A stretch of 64,000 bases of DNA from Piedraia hortae CBS 480.64 (taxonomy: Eukaryota). The stretch covers positions 1 through 64,000 of the forward strand of contig MU005994.1 in NCBI GenBank assembly GCA_010093745.1, written 5' to 3'. Positions 22,143-34,300 of this stretch are shown here, piece by piece; the first letter of the stretch is position 1, and every line of letters begins with the position of its first letter. The notes beneath the pieces were generated by a model that worked only from the letters and a program-made list of their open reading frames with translations, ran no database searches and was not told the origin of the DNA. A program made the position numbers and the translations under genes.

Positions 22143-22438
22143 AAGTACAGTAAAGGTTTTACCTATGGGATGGGTGGTGAAGGTATAGAGAAAGGATTAA
22201 TGTACAGGAGAGAAATTTGATTTAGCGGTGGAATTTAACATGTAAACCCTCTAGAGGAGATTTGGTTCATAAGCGATGAAATGAGGGATTAATGTAAAAG
22301 AATTAATGCAAACCCCTCGGAGGAGAAGGGTGGGTTGTCTAGAGGACATGGAAAGGATTGATGTATCATTTTTTTCAGATGCCGTTTCGTTTCACTCGAA
22401 GTTTTGTTCGCAGGGGGAAAGCTTGGCTTAGCGAATAC

Positions 22439-23810
22439 TGTAAGTGATTCGTGCCTCGTCCCAGGGAAAACTTCCTCCTATGGAGGTAAAAACTCTGAGA
22501 AGCATCGACCTATATCTAAGCTCGCAGATGCGCCCTGGCTGTATACTATATGAGAGTCTTTACCGTCTCACACACTCCCCCAGCCAGATGCTGAATGGCT
22601 CGTTAGTAGAAAATTGGTATAGGACTTACCAAGAACAGGGTCGATGGTCTCGAAGCTCATTTGGCGTTTCTTGAGTGCTTGAGCTTCTGCCTTATGAATC
22701 CTTTTGTTATTCTTGTGTCTCGATTGGTAAGATGTTATTGGCATAGGCTTGTACGCACAATCGGTGCGTCTTGAAGAAGCTCTTCAGGTAGACTTGTGAT
22801 ACCGTAGAATCTTGGACTTCTTGATGTGCGGTCTTGTAAGATGACTGTGCTGTTTGTTGGAAAACAGTTGTTGCGCAGCGTAATCGTTCTGGAGATTGAG
22901 TTTTTACAAAGTTGTATTTTCTGATGTTCAGCAGTGAGCTTATATACAAGTAGCTTCTTTATTCAGACAGTCTCAAATATCACTCCATTGCCCCACCGTC
23001 CTCTTTATTATGCTCTTTGAATATTTTGCTATACAGGATTTTTCTTTGTAGAATCTTTGTTATCAGGCCGAAATATGGCACCGAAACTTCTCAGCAACAG
23101 CATGTAGAGGAGCCAGTTGTATTGGCTCCTAAGGCGATCGTACGATGAGCGCGACTGCAGTGTGGATGGATTGATCTGCTTGGTGCCTTGTTTCTTGGGA
23201 ACTGCCGAACGCTGGAACGGACGTTTCGAGTGGCTTGTCTGGACGTTAACGGCATGCATCGTGATGCGGCCAAGTCTAGGATTGTACACAGGAGACTGTC
23301 GATGTGGGCGGCAATGAAGACGCATAGATTGTGCAATCTTGTCGCGGACGAAGGCTACAAATGCAGAGTATTCCGTCAGAGTCCCCTACGCCAGTACGTC
23401 CGTAGATATATTTGGCTTGAGGTAGTCTTCCACACCGCTTTGGGATGAGTCTGCTGACTTGGGGGTTCGATCGCAGCTGGCATCAGCAAGGAGGCGTGAA
23501 ACTTGTTGTCTATCAGAGCCTTGACGATCCGTAAGGACTTTGAGAATTGGCTCAAGACTGGGCAACTCTGGTCGTCATTCGTTCAGTGCTTGAATGATCG
23601 CGTGGAGTTTTTAGTCGAACACTGGGTAGTTGCATTCGGGAGGGTCTCGTGTTTTCGACAAAGTGCAGGATGTACCAGTACGCTTTGCCATCCCAGGTTT
23701 TGGGGCCTGCAATTGTTCCTCCCAGTCGTCGATGGAACGTTGCAACTGGGATAGTGCCTTGAGCCATTCGTTCTAGCACCCTGTTTGAAAAATTATTGGA
23801 TCGGCCGCCA
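22439..23810 (-). mobile_element. Ty1/copia remnant: 3' LTR (22439-22572), polypurine tract (22573-22582) and integrase fragments
   Basis: Minus strand has TGGGGGAGTG followed by TGTGAGAC...CACTTACA. Upstream degenerate integrase motifs are HRRLGGTIAGPKTWDGKAYWYILHFVENTR and HNLCVF (compare HxDLxGP..GxRY.L.FVDDxTR and LRVFG). Confidence 0.65.
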
Positions 23811-23825
23811 GAACTTCTGCATTAG

Positions 23826-24155
23826 GCTTTGAACAATTGCAGGCGAATTGTAGCGATAGTACTCTCGTGGATGGGAGTGCGTAGCGACCCGAACTAGGAG
23901 AACGTAGCGATAGACAGTGTCGATATGACAGTGTGAATGACTATATGTGTCTGTGAGGGGACATCAGGGTAAATATTCTGTACCGGTGGGCCGGTGACGT
24001 TACGTCGTACACTAGCAGTGCGCATTTGCCATGTCACATATGACATGACCCCGAGGGAAAACCTCTGTGAGGGAAAAACCTAGGGTGCAGCTGGTAGTGT
24101 AGGAGGTATCGCTGACTTGCTATGCAAGTGCGCTAGCGGCGATGCTTGAAACCAG
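23826..24155 (-). mobile_element. Near-complete LTR copy (family of 62175-62583)
   Basis: The reverse complement of 23849-24150 aligns closely with 62181-62541 (tgcatagcaagtcagcga..cctacactaccagctgcaccctaggtttttccctcacagaggttttccctc..caccggcccaccggt). Confidence 0.75.
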
Positions 24156-24419
24156 CTCGAATTGACCAAACAGAAGGCACAACAACCCCTGCAAGCGGTC
24201 GCAGCACACATGTGCTGCACACCCCTTCGCCCTCGGAGTCTCGCCTGCGTCTAATGACTTCCCACTGTGACCTCTCCTCGGCCACCTGCTTGCGCAGATT
24301 GACCGGTTTGACCACGTCGGGCGTTGGTGTGTTAGACCTGGTCATTTGGATCGTCAATGGAAAAAACAACAAGGTCGTAAACGAGATGCCAGAATCCATC
24401 CTTTAGGTCAAAAAACGCA

Positions 24420-25837
24420 TTAGAAGCAGACACTTTTTCTCTGTCTTGCGCTTTCTCCGGAGCATAATCTCTGGATGTGCAATGGCTTGGCGACGTTAGC
24501 GCTATTGCACATCGCACTACTATTCCAGCGAGTTTGCATCGACATAAGTGGGTGCTCCATGAAGTCATCTTCCTCAGGCACTTCCCGCGACACCACTTCC
24601 AGATCTTCCATAAGCCACCTGAGGCCGCGGCAGACTATGGAAGTGTGTACTTGTCTATGTCAATTGACGCCACCATGCGCGTGTATCGGCGGACCGGCTC
24701 CGATAAATGTGCCCAATGGGATGCTGTTCACCATTCTGTACACGAACTGTGACATGACGCCTCCCACCATGCCCGATTTCCATGCAGGAACATGATGGCC
24801 CCAAATGTCTCGTTGGACATCGATTTGCGGTAATCGATCAGCACGCAACAAGCTTTGCTGAAAAGGCGCTCACAGGTGTTGGACGTCGGCGGGATCCAGT
24901 CCAGGCTAGCTGGGTATCTCGATGCTTGGACGCTCTGCGTCTTCAAACGAAGCCAGACTTTGATATCATCGCACTGCGCCAGTTTTTCCTCGGTCGCAGG
25001 CTCTGGATTTATCACCCTCACGATTTCGGACTCCCAGCGAACACGACGACCAGATGAATCGTAATAGATACGCCTGCGCATCGCCCAAATGAGTGAAAGG
25101 TCCCAAGAGCGCCTTTTAAGCGTGTAATCGCTCGCGACCCATCGTGCAGGTTGCCCAACCCCCTTTAACCATCTCAGTTTTGGTAGTTCCCTCGCAACGC
25201 TCTGTCCAGCGCGCAACATCGTGAAAGACGGCCCTCTCCCACCCACAGAGAAACTACGTATGTTTACCGGGGAGCCACGCACATCTGATGCCGTGAGCCT
25301 GGGGTGTCCATACATTAATACACTAGTCTTTTGTTTGATCCTCCATGAGCAGCTGCGCCTTGGCATGGTCGTAAACCTCTCGCGGCCCTCTAAGAAGTCG
25401 GACAGTTCGTGATCCTTATAAGTTCTCTCCCGCGAAGGCATTAAGAAGCCGAGTATGGATGCGGCGCCGTTATGAGTTTCGGCAATTTGTTGACAGCATC
25501 CATCAAAGGCTGTGGTCGTTCGTCGAACTGTAGTCCTACGCGAGGCAACAAGGAATGGACCGGCAGGCAAGGGCAGCTCCTGACATCCAGACCATTCGAT
25601 AACTGTAAAAGGCATCCTACAACTTGTGAACAAATCCACAAGAGCCGCAATGTAGCACGATTTGTTGAATGTGCCTTGAAAGTGATTGGGCGCCGCAGAG
25701 ATCAACGCTTGATTTCCTTTGGCTGCCTGCTCAAGGATAGCGGTATCGTTGCTGCCGCCGGAGCCGAAGCACTCGCTAATGAAACGGCGCGTGGTCGCTG
25801 CTAAGAAGGGATGGTATCCCAGCGTGCCCAGGCTCAC
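24420..25837 (-). mobile_element. Decayed hAT transposase fragments
   Basis: Dimerisation motif WIPPTSNTCERLFSKACCVLIDYRKSMSNETFGAIMFL, N-terminal LVDLFTSCRMPFTVIE, and a separate TRWNSS motif in ORF 24420-24611. Confidence 0.75.
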
Positions 25838-26062
25838 TCCAAGATGCTGCCCTTGATCACGTGGAAAAACGAGACTTCGCCAGCGGCGTTACGTATGCAG
25901 GTAAACCGCTACAATTTGCCCAATTCAGAAGGGCAGAAAACGGCTGCTGCCCAGACTTGCTCTGTGTATCCTGGCACTGCGCCCCTTGCTGCTCTACCAG
26001 TTGGTGCAGACTTGGCAGATGCATAGAATTCGTCGGCAGGTTTTGGAGGGAAGGGGGAGCTC

Positions 26063-26329
26063 CTATCGTTTTCTTGGCGTAGAATTTACGAGTCTTGCCC
26101 GACTGAACCTTAAGCTGTGTGATTTGAGGTGATCCCTCCAGCTTTTCACTACGTGGCTATGTTCCTTGCAGATTAGCACTCTGTCCCGCTCAATGTGAAG
26201 AGAGCAAGTCCTTGGGTCCGCTCCGCGTTCCATCTCAGCCGCTACTTTGCCTTGGCTCTCGACCATGCCAAAGTGCAGCGGGCTCAACATTTGCAGGCCT
26301 GACGACAAAATACCACGGCCCTTCCTCAA
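26063..26329 (-). pseudogene. Fragment resembling a DUF3505/OrsD-type CxxH...HL..H zinc module, often transposon-associated
   Basis: LHIERDRVLICKEHSHVVKSWRDHLKSH. Short match only. Confidence 0.35.
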
Positions 26330-27290
26330 TTACGGTGCGCGCTCGGTGGTGGGCAAAGACTGTCTGCCTAGTGCGCCCCGACCGTGAAAAGGACATATAT
26401 GGCGTACTGCAACAGAGACTCCATCAGGAGATGACTGCCTTGCCAAGCCGTAGCGATGTTAGGGCGCACTTGTTCTCTGTTGCGAGTTCCATCACTTGAT
26501 AGCTGAGCTACAGGTCCTTTCTTGCCTCATGGACCCTTGAACTTCTCGTCCGCGATGCGTATAATCGGATGGAATGGACCTTGCAGTTTCGTTTTGCGAC
26601 ACGGAAGTTCCATGACGTCTGTAGATATCGTGTTAGGCGATGCAATCAAAGAGCCTGAATGAAGTTCATTGGGGGCAGCCTCCATCAGTATTGTGTTCGC
26701 CATTATTTCAGAAGCACCCCAGGGCGGCTTGTCGCGCAAGAGATGCCCCTTGCGCGATGATAATTAGGCCATGTTACATTGGGCGTCAGATGCGCCGTGG
26801 ACTCTTGTTTTCGCAACGCCGGTTTAGCATGTCGGCGTACTCCCGCCGCATGGTTTACAAATTCATGAGCGGCTACTGCAACGAGGGAGAATGGTTAGCT
26901 TTCCGTAGTCGCCCGGCACCTATCCGGCCAAGAGTGGATGCAAGTCGTGGAGTGGAAAGTGGTTGTAGTTTGAAATTTCGTGACGCCAGGAAAAAGAGAT
27001 GTTGTGTGCCAAGACGGCCCCACACACGGAATGGCACGGGCGTGATTGGTCACTTCTCATCTGCTATCGCGGTACAAGGCAGAGTTCTCCGTGGTCCACT
27101 TTACTCGGAGGGCGAAGGCTTTTTCTATGAGGTTCTCGCTTCATCTTTTCCAACTCTTCGGATGATGTAGAATACACTTGAGGCGCACCTTCGCCTTTTG
27201 CCCGAAGCGTTATGCATAACATCAGAGAAGCACGCTGGTGTATTGGCGAGCCATTGACCAACGCCCCAGCAAGTAAAATTGCTGTATAGA

Positions 27291-28604
27291 TTACAACGTA
27301 AATGTCTCCCCTTCTTCCGCCCTGACCGCCTCCTTTCGCCTATATTGCCCCACACCGGTCAGCACCATCTCATCTTCACTGTCACTCTCCTCAAGGTCCA
27401 GCAAGACCGGCAAGCGAAAGCCGGCGGAGCGTCCATCCCCCTCCTGGACACTTAATACATCCACGACCTCATCTTCCGCATCCAGCCGTCTCCTCTGCAC
27501 CTCTTCCTGTGGGTGGATGTCAAACTCGTCCTCCTTCTCCATATACTCCACATTTTCCTCCACCTCCATGAAGTCCGGGGCAAGGGCAGACCATCGCTGC
27601 GGAGTCTTGATACCCCAGAGGTAGACGCGGCCGGATTCGACGCCCGTGGCGGCCACAAGGGGTCGGTACGGGTGCGCCTCAACCGCGCCCAGCTCCTCCT
27701 TTGGGCCTTCCAGGATCTTGACCAGCGACCCGTGTCCGCGCTCCCAGATATATATTTTATGTGAGAGGAGGGTGGACGCGAGGATGTGCTCGCCGTTGGT
27801 AGAGAAGGAGACGGAGTTCCAGCTCAGGTGGTTGACCACGTCCTGGAACTTGTGCTCAACCTCCAAGTGGATGTCGGTGTCGTCTGGGGCGGGGGAGGTG
27901 AGAGAGGGAGGGAGACGGATTGTGCGGATGATGGTATCGCTGGCGTTGACAACGAGGTCGGCGCCGGACTTGGATAGACGCATCAGCAGAATTGGCTTGG
28001 AGCAGAGCCGCATGCTGTGGACGATCTTGTGCGTAAACGCGTCCAGCACATTGATGTACCCCTTCGTGGTGCCGGTGAGGATATGTCGGCCGCCGAGAGT
28101 CCATACCGCAACAGTCGTGAAATGCTTCACGTCGGTGGATCCCTTGGGGCCATTCCCCAGCGGGGAAGCGACGGAAGTTTCAAGATTGACGTCTGTAGGT
28201 CGGAACTCGTACAGAGCTGCCACGCAGCGGCGGGGTTCGAGAGGGTGCATATCCGCAATGTATACCGGTGCGCCGAGATTCATGGCATGTATGCGGCTGC
28301 CGTCGTTGAGATCCCACAGGATTACTCGCCAGTCGACGCTGCTGCTGAGCAAATGGCGACCGCTACGCTCCCAGCAGAGGCTTTGGATCGGTTTACCGGG
28401 TGTGTGGCCGAGTAGTTTGCGGGCGATGCCATAGGTATCCATGTCAAAAATGGCGATTTGGCCTTTAGTGGTGCCAGAGGCCAACAGGTCACCGGCATGG
28501 CTAAAGCGGAGGCAGACGGCTTGGCCACCGGAGCGGACGTGGCAGATGAGGATCTCGGGGATGTCGTGGATTAAGCTCGTGGGATCAGAAAGTGGGAGGT
28601 TCAT
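27291..28604 (-). CDS. SWD1: COMPASS/Set1C WD40 subunit Swd1 (RBBP5 homologue), intronless
   Basis: MNLPLSDP start, HKFQDVVN, SLVKILEGPKEEL, WSALAPDFMEVEENVEYMEKEDEFD. Confidence 0.95.
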   Translation of the reverse strand: MNLPLSDPTSLIHDIPEILICHVRSGGQAVCLRFSHAGDLLASGTTKGQIAIFDMDTYGIARKLLGHTPGKPIQSLCWERSGRHLLSSSVDWRVILWDLNDGSRIHAMNLGAPVYIADMHPLEPRRCVAALYEFRPTDVNLETSVASPLGNGPKGSTDVKHFTTVAVWTLGGRHILTGTTKGYINVLDAFTHKIVHSMRLCSKPILLMRLSKSGADLVVNASDTIIRTIRLPPSLTSPAPDDTDIHLEVEHKFQDVVNHLSWNSVSFSTNGEHILASTLLSHKIYIWERGHGSLVKILEGPKEELGAVEAHPYRPLVAATGVESGRVYLWGIKTPQRWSALAPDFMEVEENVEYMEKEDEFDIHPQEEVQRRRLDAEDEVVDVLSVQEGDGRSAGFRLPVLLDLEESDSEDEMVLTGVGQYRRKEAVRAEEGETFTL

Positions 28605-29547
28605 GGTGGTTGTCTGGAGTAAGAGTCGCTACTGGGCCGAGCAAGGTGCGGCTCCATAGCCGTTGGCACGCACGCCAGCGATGAGATGAAGTTGGAAGGA
28701 CGAATTGGGTTAGCGTCAGTTTTGACAGATGGAATGCGGGGATGAGCTTCCTGCTTGAGTTCTAAGACGAGGTTCTTCTGTACGTGATGCCGGCTACGAA
28801 TCTGTCTATGCTACGGCATTTGGCAGAGCCAAGAGACCTTAACAGTGGTGAGTGTTGAGTGAAGGCAGTCGCGCTACCGCAATGCCACGTCGACAACGTG
28901 GATCAAGTCCCATGCCGCCCTGCGGAGAGAATCTCTTTTCCGAGTCAGGGCCTGCCCAGGTGCTCGATGCAAACAGAGCATGGGGGAGTTTTCCAGGGTT
29001 TCCCCCCTTTGAGGGTTTTGTACTGCGGTTCGTGCGATGCGTGCTCTCGTGGCCGCCACACGGTAAACGCGCTTCTACCAAAGACAAGACAAGACAAGGC
29101 TTAGATACTCCCCAACCGGCGGGGGAGGCCCGCAGCAGGAAGATTGAGAGAGTCCTAGGGGGATGTATTTGCTGGATGGGTTGGGTTTACCTGTGATTAC
29201 CTAGTAGTATAAAGGTGACTCTCAGATCAACTCGGCGGAAACGAGATTAAGATATCTTCCTAGAATGATGTCTAGAAACGATAACTTTCTTCTCGCCAAC
29301 GTGACGCATCAGCGGCATGGGCCGTTTCACCTCCTGTCGGAGGGGTGAACCTCCGAGGACTAGAGTGGAGTGGATATCAACGACAAAAGTTTTCACTTAA
29401 CTTTTACTGAAAAAGGTGAAAATGTAGATGTCTATCTCTACGAGGTGAGGTTCGAAACCTCCCCCACACTACCTCAGTCTAACCGCATTTGCCTGGACAA
29501 CGTCAGCGAACCATGCCCTTAAGCATGAACGAGACAATAACCCGACT

Positions 29548-29603
29548 CAGGGAAAACTTCCTCTATAGAGGTAAAAACCCTGAGAAGTTTCGACTTCTAT
29601 CTA
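29548..29603 (-). mobile_element. Short LTR fragment matching 22462-22518
   Basis: cagggaaaacttcctc-tatagaggtaaaaaccctgagaagtttcgacttctatcta versus cagggaaaacttcctcctatggaggtaaaaactctgagaagcatcgacctatatcta. Confidence 0.65.
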
Positions 29604-30114
29604 CAGTTCTGGTCATGGTGGGTGCCACATCCTTCTGACACCTCCCGACTCCAACCCCATAACATATAGGCTAGTACGCCTGACGCCCTTCGGGAGGCCC
29701 GCGGGCGGTCCCGTTTCCGCCCTGGCGTTAAAACAATAACAATAAGCTTAGATGGCGTAAAAGTAAACATGCTCCTACTCGTATCACTCCTACCTGCTTT
29801 TAATAGGTTATATATGGTGGATGTGCATTGTGTTAGCAAGGCTGCAGGTACAAACAATCTTGCATGAACTCTCCTCTGCATAGCAATTTAAGCGTTCGAA
29901 AGCTACTGGCTGATGATTGAGCAGTGGTCAAGCGTCTCGGATATATGACTTCGACGCTATGATATGCCTACAATGTCCCCGTAGGTCTTTACGATACGAT
30001 GTCTGCCTGGTGTAGACCATACTGTCACTTCGTATCCCAAGCGAGTAAATCGTGTTGATGATGAGTGATTTGGTAGCATTAAAAACCTTTTCAGGCCCTC
30101 AATTCTTGCCAAAC

Positions 30115-30868
30115 ATGAAGCTCCGTCTTCTTTCAGTAGTGGCTTTCTGCACTGCCTTTGCAACCGCAGCGCCAGTTCTGCAGACCTGCGGCGATATTCA
30201 ATTCGACCCTACCAAATTCACCTGCTATGTGGGCAGCAAGCCGGGGCTCTGTCCCATCATTTACGGCGTGCCAACCAAACCATGCGATGCGGCTTGCTAC
30301 AGTCCTGAACAATACAGGTAGGTATATAGTCCAGAGGCAAGGTTACACTGACCCCATCAGCTGCGATGGCAATACATTGACCCAACTCAAACCTAGCCAG
30401 GGTCGATTCTCCTTGGCGGCACTCCATCCAGGAAGCCCGATTGACGGAAGGCCCATCCAAGCCCAAGACAACCATTTCTGGATCGGCCAAGGGCCAAAGT
30501 GGTATTGCGCCTCAGCATTAATGTGTCCGACGCCAAACGTTACTGTGCTGGCGGACACGGAAAGCCTTTCCATTATTGCCCCTGGGGGCCAGAAGGTGTA
30601 CATCCAGGCAAACGGTGCTCTGGCGTTTTGGGGAGGTTTCGTCTATTCGACCAACCTTACAGTTACAGGACTAGGCGGCCCAGCTTATGCGGGCGGTTCC
30701 GCCTTTGGTCCAAATGGTATTACGTGGAAAGCTTGTCCGGTGAGAGAGGGCGTCTGGCAGGTCTTTTCGAACCTGCCCTCCGTGACGTTTGCGCAGGATT
30801 GCATTGATTTCTACGCACATGTTGTGCCTTTCCTATCTGGCGCGGACGTTGCATCGGCTTATGTTTAA
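30115..30868 (+). CDS. Secreted protein with CBM52-like glucan-binding module and cell-wall-protein (PhiA/IgE-binding-like) domain; exons 30115-30317 and 30361-30868
   Basis: Signal peptide MKLRLLSVVAFCTAFATA, CGDIQFDP..CY..LCP..CDAACYSPEQY|SC, GGQKVYIQANGAL, WKACP..WQVF..C. 43-nt GTAGGT...CTGAC..CAG intron. Confidence 0.85.
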
Positions 30869-31399
30869 GGGTGCCTGTTGATAGTCAAGAGTAGATGTTC
30901 ATTCAGAGCTTATTGAGCACAACCGCTTTGAATGCACCAAAGCGTTGGAGCTTAAGATGCTAATGAAGCATGGCTGTTAAGTGTTGCTCTGCTCACCACG
31001 ACAATTTACCTTGTCAGTCTTGAATAGAGCGACCTTTCATGGTTCTCCCAATGTCCAATCCGCTGTCGAGAAGTACATTGTCTGGAATGTGAATGAGCGT
31101 GTACTCGTTCACTGAAGGTCAAAGAGGGCGGAATGGAGCCGCTGTGTTGTTGCGGGTGTGGTCTGTGCGTGGGGCTCTGAAAACGGTCCACAGCCCGGGA
31201 CGCTGCCACCTCCACCACACCTCACCGCGCAGGAAGACAACACCCGCTTTTAGTTGCAAAAGGCGCCTCTGTTCGTGTTTTCTGGCCAACAACTGTCTTT
31301 TCGCGCGAGAGAGACAGCTTTTCAGCAGGTGGCGGACGCGCGCCGCCGCGTTTTCCAAAAGCGCCACACTAGGCGCAGATAAAATTTCCAGCCGGCAAT

Positions 31400-34300
31400 A
31401 TGCCCATCCACGCGAACCGGTCGACGGCGCCAGAGAAGGCGGTCCGGGAGATCCAGTTCGGCATCTTCTCGCCCGAAGAGATCAAGAGCTTCTCGGTGTG
31501 TCACATCGAGTACCCAGACACCCACGATGAGAAGAACCTCCGGCCACGCGAACGGGGCCTGAATGACCCAAAGCTGGGCACAGTAGATAGAGGCACCAAA
31601 TGCGCAACGTGCTATGAGACACCGGAGATCTGCCCCGGCCATTTTGGCCACATCGAACTCGCTCAGCCCGTCTTCCATGTTGGTAAGTGCGGGGTGGCAG
31701 CGCTAATGAGTCAAAGCTAACACGTCCAGGCTTCATCTCCAAAATCAAGAAGATTCTGGAGGCCGTCTGCCATAACTGCGGCCGGTTGAAGCTGGACGAC
31801 CGCTCGCCGGCATTTGCCGCGGCTGTCAAGCTGCGTGACCCCAAGCGGCGGTTCGAGGCTGTGCACGCCCTGTGTAAGTCCGTGATGAAATGTGAAGCCG
31901 ACGAGCCGGCCGAGGACGACCCCAAGGCGGCGCTGGAGCCAGGCCACGGCGGCTGTGGCAACGATCAGCCCATCGTTCGCCGAGATGGCCTGAAAATTAC
32001 AGCTAGATACAAGCTGTCCAAGGCCGATGAGGACGATGCGGGAGGCCGCGGGGCTAGGGAAGAGCGTGTCCTGTCGCCGCAGATGGTGATGAACATCTTC
32101 CGCAACATCTCGGACGCGGACTTGCTGCGGCTCGGCCTGAACCCAAATTACGCTCGGCCTGAGTGGATGATCATCACAGTGCTTGCCGTACCGCCGCCAT
32201 GTGTGCGTCCGTCTGTGTCGATGGATGGGTCGTCTGCCGGTGGTCGTTCCGAGGATGATTTGACGTACAAGTTGTCGGACATTATCCGTGCAAACTCCAA
32301 CGTGCGTAAGTGCGAGCAAGAGGGCACTGCTGACCACGTTACGGCCGAGTTCTTGCAGCTGCTGCAGTATCATGTTGCCACTTACATGGACAATGACATT
32401 AAGTATCTACCGGCCGCTTTGCAAAAGTCGGGACGGCCTATCAAGTCCATTCGTGCGCGTCTCAAGTCCAAAGAGGGCCGTCTGCGTGGCAATCTGATGG
32501 GCAAGCGTGTTGATTTTTCGGCCCGCACTGTCATCACCGGAGACCCCAACCTGTCACTGGACGAGGTCGGCGTGCCACAGAGCATCGCCAGGGAGTTGAC
32601 ATTTCCCGAGAAAGTTAACGCCTACAACATCCATAAGCTGCAGGAGCTCGTGCGCGCCGGACCGTCGATGCAGGATGGTGCCAAGTACGTGATTCGCGAC
32701 GATGGTACGCGCATCGACCTCAAGCTGTCCAAGGAAATCCAGATTCAGTACGGTTGGACCGTTGAGCGCCATCTACAGGACGGCGACTACATCATCTTCA
32801 ACCGTCAACCGTCGCTGCACAAGGAATCGATGATGGCGCATAGAGTCCGCATCATGCCCTACTCGACCTTCCGTTTGAATCTGTCTGTGACGTCTCCTTA
32901 CAATGCCGATTTTGACGGTGATGAGATGAATTTGCATGTACCGCAGAGCCACGAGACGAGGGCCGAGGCCATGCAGCTCTGCGCTGTGCCCAAGAACATT
33001 GTGTCGCCGCAGAAGAACGGTCCGTTGATGGGAATCGTACAGGATTCCATGGCCGGCATCTACATGATGACCCGTCGGGATGTTCTGCTCGATGCTACGG
33101 CCGCTCAAAGTATTCTCATGTGGGTTCCAGGCTGGGACGGTGTCATGCCGCCGCCCGCCATCTTCAAGCCAACTCCCAGGTGGACCGGTAAGCAACTGGT
33201 GTCCATGGCTCTCCCTGCAGGCCTAAACCTGCAGCGCTACGACGATGAGCCGACTCCGTGGATTCCTGTGCGTGAGGCCAAGGGACTTTTGATCCAAAAC
33301 GGCGAGCTCGTCATGGGTCGCATGGTCAAGAAAATCGTCGGTGCCAGCCAAGGAGGTGTGGTGCATTACATCTTCAACGACAAGGGTGATGATGGGCCAA
33401 GTGCTACTGTTGCGTTCTTCGATGCTGCTCAGAGAATTGTCTGCAATTGGTTGGTGCACAACGGCTTCTCGGTCGGCATCGGCGACACTGTTCCCGACTC
33501 CCAAATGGCCGAGGAAATCGAGCACGCAATCCAGGTGCAAAAGGATGACCTTACCGAGCTGGTCGACCAGGTGCAAAACAATGATTTGGAAACGCTTCCG
33601 GGCATGACAATCCGTGAGACGTTTGAGAGCAAGGCAAAGTCGTTTCTCGACAATGCCCGTAACAACGCCGGTGATATTGCCTTCCGTGGCATGAAAGACT
33701 GCAATAATGTTGGCACTATGGTGCACTCTGGATCCAAGGGCTCAACGACCAACGTGTCCCAAATGACGGCCGCCGTTGGCCAGCAGTCCCTTGAGGGCAG
33801 GCGCCTGCCGTTTGGGTTCCGGTACCGTACGCTCCCACACTTTCCCAAGGACGATTACAGTCCGGCCTCTCGAGGCTTTGTAGAAAACTCCTATCTCCGT
33901 GGCCTGACGCCGCAAGAGTTCTTCTTCCACGCCATGGGTGGTCGCGAAGGTCTTATCGACACGGCTGTCAAGACGGCTGAGACAGGCTACATTCAACGGC
34001 GCTTGGTCAAGGCTCTGGAAGAAGTCCAAGTCAACTACGACGGGACAGTCCGCAACTCCCTCGGTGACATTCTCCAATTCCTCTACGGCGAAGATGGCCT
34101 CGACGCCGTCTACATTGAGCCGCAGTCCCTAGACATAATCACCTCCTCGACTGCTGCCTTTGAGCGGAAGTACAAGATTGATATCATCAACCCTGCTTCT
34201 GACGACCTCACTCTAAAGAGCGACATGCTCGAGGCGGCTGACGAAATCCGCGGAAACGTGGAGATCCAAAAGCTGTTTGATGAGGAGTTTGAGGCAATTG

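Noticed and set aside
24385..24420. RT-like motif FFDLKDGFWHL
   Set aside because: Isolated short match with no neighbouring RT motifs; may be chance.
18300..27200. Starship or other giant cargo element
   Set aside because: No tyrosine-recombinase captain or boundary repeats seen; the region is explained by nested small transposon remnants.
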